Source: Candidatus Krumholzibacteriia bacterium (GTDB lineage Bacteria; Krumholzibacteriota; Krumholzibacteriia; LZORAL124-64-63). From it: a DNA stretch of 64,000 bases. Shown here one piece after another: positions 21,858-30,210 of the stretch. The translations under genes and the position numbers were made by a program. The notes under the pieces were generated by a model, which saw only the letters and a list, made by a program, of their open reading frames with translations, made no database searches and had not been told where the DNA came from. The stretch is taken from assembly GCA_050174015.1 (NCBI GenBank), contig JBFXKG010000007.1:32001-96000 (forward strand), in the 5' to 3' direction. Position 1 is the stretch's first letter; the number at the start of each line of letters is the position of its first letter.

Positions 21858-24800
21858 CGCCCGTACTCCTTGTCGATCCGGCGGTGCAGCAGTTCGTACG
21901 CCACGGGCGTCAGGAAGAGGGTCAGCATGGTGGCGATGCTCAGACCCCCGATGATGGTGATGGCCAGCGGCCGCTGCATCTGCTCGCCCGTGCCCAGGCC
22001 CAGGCCCATGGGCACCATGGCCAGGACCGTGGTCACTGTCGTCATCAGGATGGGCTTGAACCGCAGGTTGCTGGCCTCGAGGATGGCTTCGCGCCCGCCC
22101 AGACCGTCCTCCATGCGCAGGCGGCGGATGGTTGCCACCTTCACGATGGCGTCGTTCACCGCGATCCCCAGCAGTGCGATCATGCCGATCAGGGAGATGA
22201 TGTTCATGGTCTGCCCGGTGAGCAGCAGGGTGACCAGGGCGCCGGCCACGCCGACCGGCAGCACCGCCGAGATGATCAGCGGATCGAGGAACGATTCGAA
22301 CTGCGCGGCGAGGATCATGTAGACCAGCAGCGCCGAGAGCAGCAGGGCGTAACCCAGGTCGCGGAAGCTGTTGGTGATCTCCTCCTGCTCGCCCCCCGTG
22401 ACGAAGGCGGCGCCCTCGGGCACGTCCAGGGACGCCAGCAGGGCGTCCACGTCATGCCAGACGTCGGCGAGGCTGCGGCCCGTCACGTCGCCCGCCAGGG
22501 TGATCTGGCGTCTCTGGTCCAGCCGCACGATCTCCCTCACGGGGGTCCCGGTGGTCTGGATCACGAAGGACCCCAGGGGGACGGTCTTGCCCTCGCCCAC
22601 CTGGACCGGCGAGGCCAGCACGGAGGACAGATCGTAGCGGAGGTCGCGGGGCAGCCGGACGGCGATGTCGATGCGCTGTTCGATCTCGTTGTAGGTCGTC
22701 GCCACGGTGCCCTGGATGCGGTTGCGCAGTTCGCGGGCCAGGGCGTCGGGCTCCAGGCCGTAGCGCAGGGCCAGTTCGCGGTCCACGGTGACCTCGACCG
22801 TGGGATTGCCGAGCACGCGGTCCATCTCCACGTCCTGCAGGCCCTCGATGGCCTGCAACCGCGGCAGCAGGGTTTCGGCCAGGGCCAGGGCCTGTTCGCC
22901 CTTCTCGGCGACGATGCCGAGGGTGAAGGACGCCTCGCCGCTGGCGAGGATCTCGCGCAGGCCCACCCCTTCCTCCCGGAACACGAAGACCGCTCCCTGC
23001 AGGGCGTCGAGCCGGGGCTGCAGGCGCTCGCGCACGCGATCGAGATCCTCCCGGCCGTGACGGCTGGGATGCAGCATGACCCGGATGCGGGCCGTGTTGG
23101 CGGCGCTGTACTCCTTGAGGCTGGCCAGCGTCTTCTCGGTGATGCCGACCTGGGCGTAGACCGTCTCCACCTCGGGCATCGGCGCCAGGAATTCGGCCAG
23201 CTCCGCGGCCTTGTCGTACGTCATCTCCAGGGGAGTCCCGGCGGGCAGTTCCATGGCCAGGGTGAAGTCCCCGCGCGTGCGGTCGGGCATGAAGGCCATC
23301 CGCATGCCGGAGGCCAGCCACCCGGAGGCGGCCAGGGCGACGACCAGCACGGCCAGGAAGACGGCCTTGTGCTCGAGGACCCGTTCCAGGGCGGTGTGGT
23401 AACGCCGGCGCACGGCCTCGAAGGCGGCGTCGAAGGGCCGGAAGATGAGGCTGGGCCTGTCTCCCGGGGCCTTGAGGATGTGCGCGGAAAGCATGGGCTG
23501 CAGCAGCAGGGCGGCGAAGATGGACACCACGAGCGAGATCGTCACGGTCAGGGCCTGGTCCCGGAAGAACTCGCCGGCGATGCCCGGCACGTAGATGACC
23601 GGGAAGAACACCGCGACCGTGGTCAAGGTGGCGGCGATCACCGGGGAGGCCACCTCGGCGGCGGCGGAGGCGCACACGTCGGCGGTGGACCTGGCCGTCC
23701 CGCGGGCCAGCCTGAGGTGCCGGTTGATGTTCTCGAGCACCACGATGGAGTTGTCCACGAGCATGCCGGCGGCCAGGGACAGGCCGCCCAGGGACATGAG
23801 GTTCAGGCTCACGTCCGCGAAGTAGAGGAACGCGAAGGTCGTGATGATGGACACGGGGATGGCCAGGCCGACCACCACCGGGCTGCGGAAGTCCATCAGG
23901 GACAAGAACAGCACGATCAGGGCGAGGATCCCCCCCAGCAGCAGGGAGTTCCACAGACCCTCGAAGCTCTCCTGGACGAAGTCGGCGTCGCGGTAGATGA
24001 AGGAGTACGAGAGGGCCGGATACTGGTCCTTCAGGATGCCCAGGACCTTGTCCACTTCCGCGGTGGTCTCGATGGTGTTCTCGCCGACCTCCTTGTACAG
24101 GTGCAGGGACACCACCTCCAGGGCGCCGAAGAGGGTCGCCCCCTCGGGCTCCTTGGTCGTGTCCTCCACCACGGCCACGTCGCCGATGGTGATGCCGGGG
24201 CCGGCGGCCGGGATCTCGGTGGCCCTGATCTCGTCCAGGTTCTCGAATTCCCCCAGGATGCGCAGGGGCAGGTGCAGCGGCCCCTTGCGGATCCGCCCGC
24301 CGGGGAAGCTGATGTTGGCCACGCGCAGGGCGCCGGCCAGGTCCTCCATGGTCAGGTCGTACAGCCGCAGCTTGCCGAAGTCGGGCTGCACCAGGATCTC
24401 CCGCTCCGCCCCGCCGATCACCTCGGCCTGGCTCACGCCGTTGATCTGCTCGAGCGCCGGCTTGACCACCTCGCGGGCGAACTCCGTCACCCGCGCCATG
24501 GGATCGTCGCCCTCGAGCACCATGATGGCGATGGGGCGGGCGCTGGGATCCCACCGCAGGATCAAGGGCCGGTCGGCCGCCTCGGGGAAGTCCTCCTGGT
24601 AGCTGACCCGGTCGATGGCCTCGCGCAGGTGCAGGTTGGCGAAGTCCATCTCCGTTCCCCACTCGTACTGGACGGTGATGGTGGAGACGCCCTCGCGGGT
24701 CTTGCTGACCACGCGCCGCACGCCCGCCAGACCGGTGATGACCTCTTCGAGGGGCTGGGTCACCAGCCGGGTCAGGTCGTCGGCGGGCGTGTCGGCGTAG

Positions 24801-24946
24801 TTGGTGATGACCGTCAGGTTGGGATAGTTGATGGCCGGCAGCAGATCCACGGACAGGCGCTCGCGGGCCTGCAGGCCGATCAGGACCAGGCCGGCGAAAA
24901 GCATCAGGATGGCGACGGGCCGGCGGACGGCGGTCTGGATGATCAT
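21854..24946 (-). CDS. RND transporter permease subunit (AcrB/MdtB-like) 1
   Basis: MIIQTAVRRPVA, GMLVDNSIVVLENI, AQFESFLDP, RFKPILMTT, IIGGL; ATGA overlaps at both ends. Confidence 0.93.
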   Translation of the reverse strand: MIIQTAVRRPVAILMLFAGLVLIGLQARERLSVDLLPAINYPNLTVITNYADTPADDLTRLVTQPLEEVITGLAGVRRVVSKTREGVSTITVQYEWGTEMDFANLHLREAIDRVSYQEDFPEAADRPLILRWDPSARPIAIMVLEGDDPMARVTEFAREVVKPALEQINGVSQAEVIGGAEREILVQPDFGKLRLYDLTMEDLAGALRVANISFPGGRIRKGPLHLPLRILGEFENLDEIRATEIPAAGPGITIGDVAVVEDTTKEPEGATLFGALEVVSLHLYKEVGENTIETTAEVDKVLGILKDQYPALSYSFIYRDADFVQESFEGLWNSLLLGGILALIVLFLSLMDFRSPVVVGLAIPVSIITTFAFLYFADVSLNLMSLGGLSLAAGMLVDNSIVVLENINRHLRLARGTARSTADVCASAAAEVASPVIAATLTTVAVFFPVIYVPGIAGEFFRDQALTVTISLVVSIFAALLLQPMLSAHILKAPGDRPSLIFRPFDAAFEAVRRRYHTALERVLEHKAVFLAVLVVALAASGWLASGMRMAFMPDRTRGDFTLAMELPAGTPLEMTYDKAAELAEFLAPMPEVETVYAQVGITEKTLASLKEYSAANTARIRVMLHPSRHGREDLDRVRERLQPRLDALQGAVFVFREEGVGLREILASGEASFTLGIVAEKGEQALALAETLLPRLQAIEGLQDVEMDRVLGNPTVEVTVDRELALRYGLEPDALARELRNRIQGTVATTYNEIEQRIDIAVRLPRDLRYDLSSVLASPVQVGEGKTVPLGSFVIQTTGTPVREIVRLDQRRQITLAGDVTGRSLADVWHDVDALLASLDVPEGAAFVTGGEQEEITNSFRDLGYALLLSALLVYMILAAQFESFLDPLIISAVLPVGVAGALVTLLLTGQTMNIISLIGMIALLGIAVNDAIVKVATIRRLRMEDGLGGREAILEASNLRFKPILMTTVTTVLAMVPMGLGLGTGEQMQRPLAITIIGGLSIATMLTLFLTPVAYELLHRRIDKEYGR

Positions 24947-26307
24947 CGAGAGCCGCCTTCTCCTGCGGAGGCGAAGTCCCAGCGGTCGCTGGGCGGGATG
25001 CTCTTGCGCACCTTGATCCTGGCCTCGTGGGCCAGGGTCAGGTGGTCGCTGACGACCACCTCGTCGCCGGGGGCCAGGGAACCGCCGCTGTGGACGGCCG
25101 TGATCTCGACCCACTCGTCGTTCTGCAGTCCGACGTCCACATACAGCCAGCGGGCGCGATCGTCCTCGCGCTTGAAGACCAGGGGCCGGTTGTCCCGCAG
25201 CAGCAGGGCGTCCTTGGGGGCGAGGAGCTTGTCGTGGTAGACGATGCCCGCGATCTGGGCGCGCACGAACATGCCGGGCCGGAAGCGGCCCTCGGGATTG
25301 GCGAACCGGACCAGGACCTCGCAGGTGCGCGAGGCCTGGTCGAGCGACGGGCTGATCACGTCCACGCTCGCCTTCAGGGTGTCGCCGGTGGCGGGGATGG
25401 CCAGCAGGACGGGGCGACCGATCTCCAGGTCGCCGAGGTCGGCTTCCAGGACGTTCACCGCCGCCTCGAGCTGATCGTTGTTGTAGAGGGTGCAGAAGAC
25501 CGCGCCGACCGGGACGATCTCCCCGGCGACGAGGTTCCGGTTGCTGACGATGCCGGCGAAGGGCGCCTTGATCTCGGTGTACTCGAGGTTCAGGCGGGCG
25601 CGTTCCTCGGCCATGCGGGCCTCGGCCAGGCCGGTGCGCTGCTCGAAGACGGCCTCGCGGAAGGCTCCGTCCTGCAGGGCGCCCATCTCCAGTTCCAGCA
25701 GCCGGTTCTGGTATTCCTCGCGGGTGATGGTCCCCTTGCGGACCAGGTCGTCCAGCTGGTCGCGGCCGGTGGTGAACTGCCGGACCGCGGCGTGGTTGAC
25801 GGTGAAGGTGTCGGCCTCGGCGGCCATCTGGCTGAGGGCCTCCAGGTGCCGGTAGCGGCTCTCCTGCAGGGCGATCTCGTACTCGCGGGAATCGATCCTG
25901 GCCAGCACCTGGCCCTTGCGCACGCGGTCGCCGTCGCGCACCAGGACCGCCAGCAGTTCGCCCCCGACCTTGGTCTTGATCTCGACGCTCTGGGGGGTGC
26001 GGACCGCGCCGTCCGCATACACCGGCAACACGAGGTCGCCGAGGCGGATCCGTCCCGTGTTCACGGAAATGGACTTCTCCTTCTTGGCTTCGTCCTCCCC
26101 CTCTTCCTCCTCCGCGCCGGAGGCATCGGCGGTCTCGAGGCTGTCCGCTGCGGCGCCCGCGTCCGATTCCTCTGCCGCATCCCCTCCCCCGGAACACCCG
26201 GACAGCAGGGGCAGGGCCGGAAGTGAGACGGCAAGCAGCAGCACCAGAAGGATCGACCGGCAGCGGGGGAGGAGGGGAGTTCCGGGGACGTTCAGGTTCA
26301 GTTCCAT
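24943..26307 (-). CDS. RND periplasmic adaptor (MFP), lipoprotein
   Basis: LSGC lipobox; V.DGDRVRKGQVLARID, IKAPFAGIV, RPGMFV; acidic linker. Confidence 0.92.
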   Translation of the reverse strand: MELNLNVPGTPLLPRCRSILLVLLLAVSLPALPLLSGCSGGGDAAEESDAGAAADSLETADASGAEEEEGEDEAKKEKSISVNTGRIRLGDLVLPVYADGAVRTPQSVEIKTKVGGELLAVLVRDGDRVRKGQVLARIDSREYEIALQESRYRHLEALSQMAAEADTFTVNHAAVRQFTTGRDQLDDLVRKGTITREEYQNRLLELEMGALQDGAFREAVFEQRTGLAEARMAEERARLNLEYTEIKAPFAGIVSNRNLVAGEIVPVGAVFCTLYNNDQLEAAVNVLEADLGDLEIGRPVLLAIPATGDTLKASVDVISPSLDQASRTCEVLVRFANPEGRFRPGMFVRAQIAGIVYHDKLLAPKDALLLRDNRPLVFKREDDRARWLYVDVGLQNDEWVEITAVHSGGSLAPGDEVVVSDHLTLAHEARIKVRKSIPPSDRWDFASAGEGGSR

Positions 26308-26335
26308 GGTCAGCCTTTCCAGCTTCCGGTCACGA

Positions 26336-27538
26336 TCAGAAGGAGATGCCGTAAACGATGACTTCCAGGGGGTCTGCGGCAGCGGCGGATTCCTCCGACC
26401 CGACTGCCTGTTGGCTCAGGAAGGCGTCCAGGGCGCCCACCGTGACCACCACGGTCCCGTCGCGCAGAATGGCCAACCCGTCCTTGTCGGCGTCGAAATC
26501 GCCGGGCAGGCCGACCTGGCGGATCCAGTTCCCCGCGGCGTCGAAGAGGTCCAGGGCGACCCAGCAGCCTTCGGGCGGAGGGGTGATCCCCTCGCTGGTC
26601 TGGACCCAAAGGTTGCCGTCGGCGGTGGCCCACATGCCGGCGACGACCTGGTTCGTGTCCTCGATCGGCGTCCGACGCGGGGGCGTGGGATAGTAGGCGC
26701 CGACGCCCTCGAGGATCTGCCTGGCGATGGTCTTCTGGGCTTCGGTCCGAGGGACGTTGGTGAAGGGCCGCGTGATCACCCGTACCGGCTCGCCGCCACC
26801 CTTGGAGACCTGGATCTCGTAAAGGTCCCGGTCCGGCGCGAAGTAGACCGTGCCGTCGGGACCGGCGGCAATCCGCGACCAGACGAAGTCCATGCCGCCC
26901 TCGGCCAACTCGAAGTCGGCGTAATTGATGGTGTAGACCTTGCCCAGCAGGAGGTGGCGGCGCAGGCCGGTCTGGTCGCAATCGGCGAGGAAGTAGTTCT
27001 GGTTGCTGAGCGCGCCGCCCCCGAAGTCCATGCTGATGCCCGCCAGCAGCAAGCCGTCGGGCAGGGCGAGCCCGCGGGACAGGACCGCGAACTGGCCCTC
27101 GCCCTCCTGTCCGGTGGTGTAGCGGGCTTCGCCGGCGGGCGTCCCGTCCGGGTGAAGCATGACGATCCGGCCGGGAAAGCCCTGCAGGACGCAGACCGTG
27201 CCGTCGGCTGCAACCAGCATGTCGCCGGGCCGGCGCGCCTCGCCGGGTCCGTCGCCTTCGCCGCAGATGGTCCGCAACAGATCGCCCTCGGGCGAGAAGA
27301 CGTGGACCTCGGAGAGCTGGGAATCCAGCAGCAGGATGTTGCCTTCCTTGTCCAGCTTGATCGCGCCCACGTTGCCGAAGAAGACCTCGTCGTCCTCGCC
27401 GCCGGCGCGCCAGCGCTCGGTCACCGTGGCGGAGGTCACCCCGCCGCTGGGCTGGGCGGGGTTGTCGATGCGGACCGGCGCGGCCCAGGCGGCGGCGCCG
27501 ACCGCCAGCAGGAGGGCAAGGGCGAGAATGCGGATCAT
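26336..27538 (-). CDS. Secreted 6-bladed beta-propeller protein (paralog C)
   Basis: Signal peptide; ERWRAGGEDD...LLDSQLSEVHVFSPEG...GEGDGPGE...QGFPGRIV; ends PLEVIVYGISF. Confidence 0.8.
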   Translation of the reverse strand: MIRILALALLLAVGAAAWAAPVRIDNPAQPSGGVTSATVTERWRAGGEDDEVFFGNVGAIKLDKEGNILLLDSQLSEVHVFSPEGDLLRTICGEGDGPGEARRPGDMLVAADGTVCVLQGFPGRIVMLHPDGTPAGEARYTTGQEGEGQFAVLSRGLALPDGLLLAGISMDFGGGALSNQNYFLADCDQTGLRRHLLLGKVYTINYADFELAEGGMDFVWSRIAAGPDGTVYFAPDRDLYEIQVSKGGGEPVRVITRPFTNVPRTEAQKTIARQILEGVGAYYPTPPRRTPIEDTNQVVAGMWATADGNLWVQTSEGITPPPEGCWVALDLFDAAGNWIRQVGLPGDFDADKDGLAILRDGTVVVTVGALDAFLSQQAVGSEESAAAADPLEVIVYGISF

Positions 27539-27567
27539 GACAGGCTCCTTGTTCGATTGGATGAGCG

Positions 27568-28770
27568 TCAATCGGTCATCCGATAGCAGACGACTGCCAG
27601 GGGCAGCGGCCCCTCGCCCCCGTCCGATTCCCGGCCGATGCCCCGGGAGGTGTAAAGTGCGTCGGTGTGTTCCTTCACCAGGATCACCAGATCCTCCCCG
27701 GCGAAGAAAACGGCGTCCTCGAGGGCCCGGCCTTCGCATGGCAGCGAGACCTGATGGTCGAACCGGCCCTCGGGGTCGAAGACGTCCCAGAGGGAATGGA
27801 TGCCAGGATCGTCCGGATGCGCCCCGCGACTGGAAAGAACCCAGAGGCGCCCGTCCGCGGCCACGTGCATCTGTACGATATCCCGCTGGGTCGGCTCCAC
27901 TACGACTTCGAGGGCCTGGAGGTTGCGCCGGCCCTGGGGCGTCATCCAGGACCGGGCGGCAGCCAGTTCCTCCGGCGTCCGCTCCAGGGATTCATAGGGC
28001 AGGGTGATCGTGCGCCGGTGCTCCCCACCGGCGGCGAAGGCCTCGATCCGGTATTCGTTCCGTTCGGGGGCGATGTAGACCTCCCCCTCGGGTCCCACCG
28101 CCCAGGTGCGATTGGGGAAGAACATGGCGGCCTCATCCCGCCGCCCCGATGTCGTGTCCATGGTCAGGGTGGCTCGATGGTAGACCGCCCGCTCGTTTCC
28201 GGAAGGATCGAAGGACCCGATGAATCGGGCGGAATGACGGATCGATTCCTCCCGGGTGATCCGGGAACCCGCCAGCACGAGATTTCCCCCCCGGAAGTCC
28301 GCGCCCAGAAGCGTAAATAGCCCGCCCTCGCCGGGGTTTTTCCCGAAGTCCAGTTCACCGGCCGGCAACCCGGAACGGTCGATCTTCACGATCCGGCCGG
28401 GAAAGGTCTGCATCAGTCCCACGGTTCCGTCAGGCAGCAGCAGGACCTCGGAGACCTGCCGGAGTTCCCCCGGACCCTCGCCCTTGCGGCCCAGGGAGGT
28501 GATGAACCGGCCCTGGGAATCGAAGACCTGGACCATGACGAGCTGCGTGTCCAGCAGGTAGACGTTGCCTTCCTCGTCGACGGCCGCGCCGTCGACCAGC
28601 CCCAGGAGGTTGTCCTCGTCCTCGAGGCCGCCGATGCGCCAGAGCTCTTGGAGGGTGACGGACCGCGGAGGATGGACGGGTTCGGGCCCGTTTTTAGCAA
28701 CGGTAGCCGCCGGACCGGCGCTGGTTCCCGAAAACAACAGAAAAAGGAGCAAAGAACGCAAGGCCGTCAA
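27568..28770 (-). CDS. Secreted 6-bladed beta-propeller protein (paralog B)
   Basis: TTG start after GGAGG; ELWRIGG...LLDTQL..VFDSQG...GEGPGE...QTFPGRIV; ends PLAVVCYRMTD. Confidence 0.78.
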   Translation of the reverse strand: MTALRSLLLFLLFSGTSAGPAATVAKNGPEPVHPPRSVTLQELWRIGGLEDEDNLLGLVDGAAVDEEGNVYLLDTQLVMVQVFDSQGRFITSLGRKGEGPGELRQVSEVLLLPDGTVGLMQTFPGRIVKIDRSGLPAGELDFGKNPGEGGLFTLLGADFRGGNLVLAGSRITREESIRHSARFIGSFDPSGNERAVYHRATLTMDTTSGRRDEAAMFFPNRTWAVGPEGEVYIAPERNEYRIEAFAAGGEHRRTITLPYESLERTPEELAAARSWMTPQGRRNLQALEVVVEPTQRDIVQMHVAADGRLWVLSSRGAHPDDPGIHSLWDVFDPEGRFDHQVSLPCEGRALEDAVFFAGEDLVILVKEHTDALYTSRGIGRESDGGEGPLPLAVVCYRMTD

Positions 28771-28852
28771 ACCATCCCCCTCCCGGCGGCGCGCGGCGAA
28801 ACTCGGCGACCCGCTCTCCGGCAGGAAAGCGGGCCGCCAGTATACACGGGAT

Positions 28853-30088
28853 CTAGCGGAGACGATAGCAGATGACCTGCATGGGCTCCGCCTCCTCCTC
28901 GTCCTCGCTGCCGGCGCCCCCGAACTGGCTGAGCGCGGAGTCCCAGAAGCCGGTGACCATGAAGGCGAGGTCGTCCCCGGCGAAGAAGACCATGTCCTCC
29001 TGGGGATCGCCGGGGCAGGTGAGGTTGACCTGGCGGTCGAACACGCCGTCGGCCGTGAACACGTCGTAGTAGGTGAACACACCCTCGGGCGGGGCCCACA
29101 TCGCCCGGCTGTTCAGCACCCAGATCGACCCGTCGTCCGCGGTGCGGATGAACTCGATGTCCGGCTCGGTGTCCTCCCACTTGGCCGGGGCCTGGGGGGC
29201 CTGCTGATTGCGGATGGTCTCCATGATCGTCTGCCAGATGCCCGCGGCCCGCTCGTCGCGGACCCAGGATTCGTACTCCCGGTGAATGATGCGGTCGGGG
29301 GTCCCGTCCGGATTGAAGACGCTGATCTCGTAGGCGTTGCGGGGGACGCCCACCACCACCTTGCCCTCCCGGTTCACGTCGAACCGGCGGTCCACGCCGT
29401 CGACCAGGGCCTTCTCGTCGAAGACCAGATCCTGGAACTTGAACTCCAGGACGGAGGTGGCGTAGGTGTGATCGCGCAGTCCCTCGGGGGTCAGGCTGCT
29501 CAGGAAGGTCTCGCGCTTGACGATGCCCTGGGCCTGGTCGATGTGCTGCTCGGTGCCGCCGGCCACGATGTTGCCGCCGCCCTGGCGCAGGCCGCGCATG
29601 ATGTAGAACGCCCCCTGGGAGGGGTCGCCGAGGGTCCACAGGCCCGCCGGGGTGTTGTCCAGGTTCAGCTTGACCACCCGGCCGGGGAAGGCCTGCAGGA
29701 CGCCGATGGTGCCGTCGGGCAGGAACGCCATGTCGGTGGGGCCGCGGAACTCGCCGGGGCCGTCCCCTTCCTTGCCGATGACGTTGATCTGCTGGCCATC
29801 GGGCGAGAAGACCTTGATCTCCGAGAGCTGGGCGTCCATCAGATAGATGTTGTCGTCGTCGTCGATCAGCACCTTGTTGATGATGCCCAGGATGGTCTCC
29901 TCGTCGTCCCAGCCGCCGATCCGCCACAGTTCTTCCATCTGCGGGGTCTTGACCCCGTTGGCGGGCTCGGAGCCGTTCCACACGTGAAGGACGCCGTCCT
30001 CGGTGGTCTCCCGGGCCGCAAGGGCCGGCAAGGCGAGGGAGAGCAAGAGCAGGGCGGCGGTCATGTGGGGCAATCGCCTGGCAATCAT
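28853..30088 (-). CDS. Secreted 6-bladed beta-propeller protein (paralog A)
   Basis: Signal peptide; ELWRIGG...LMDAQLSEIKVFSPDG...GDGPGE...QAFPGRVV; ends PMQVICYRLR. Confidence 0.8.
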   Translation of the reverse strand: MIARRLPHMTAALLLLSLALPALAARETTEDGVLHVWNGSEPANGVKTPQMEELWRIGGWDDEETILGIINKVLIDDDDNIYLMDAQLSEIKVFSPDGQQINVIGKEGDGPGEFRGPTDMAFLPDGTIGVLQAFPGRVVKLNLDNTPAGLWTLGDPSQGAFYIMRGLRQGGGNIVAGGTEQHIDQAQGIVKRETFLSSLTPEGLRDHTYATSVLEFKFQDLVFDEKALVDGVDRRFDVNREGKVVVGVPRNAYEISVFNPDGTPDRIIHREYESWVRDERAAGIWQTIMETIRNQQAPQAPAKWEDTEPDIEFIRTADDGSIWVLNSRAMWAPPEGVFTYYDVFTADGVFDRQVNLTCPGDPQEDMVFFAGDDLAFMVTGFWDSALSQFGGAGSEDEEEAEPMQVICYRLR

Positions 30089-30210
30089 GAGGCACTCCTT
30101 TTCGGACGACGGTTGGTCGGGGGAAGGCGATCGGTGATACCCGGCAGGCCGGCCGGTTATTCGGATCCCATCCCGGAATTACGGGACCGGAACGTTCAGG
30201 TTCCGGAATT

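Noticed and set aside
21854..26197. 1447-aa fused RND ORF in the track (likewise the N-terminal extensions of 11494, 30964, 32174, 48692, 60926 and 62115)
   Set aside because: The extensions overlap other genes in a different frame; true starts are downstream with RBS or stop-start coupling.
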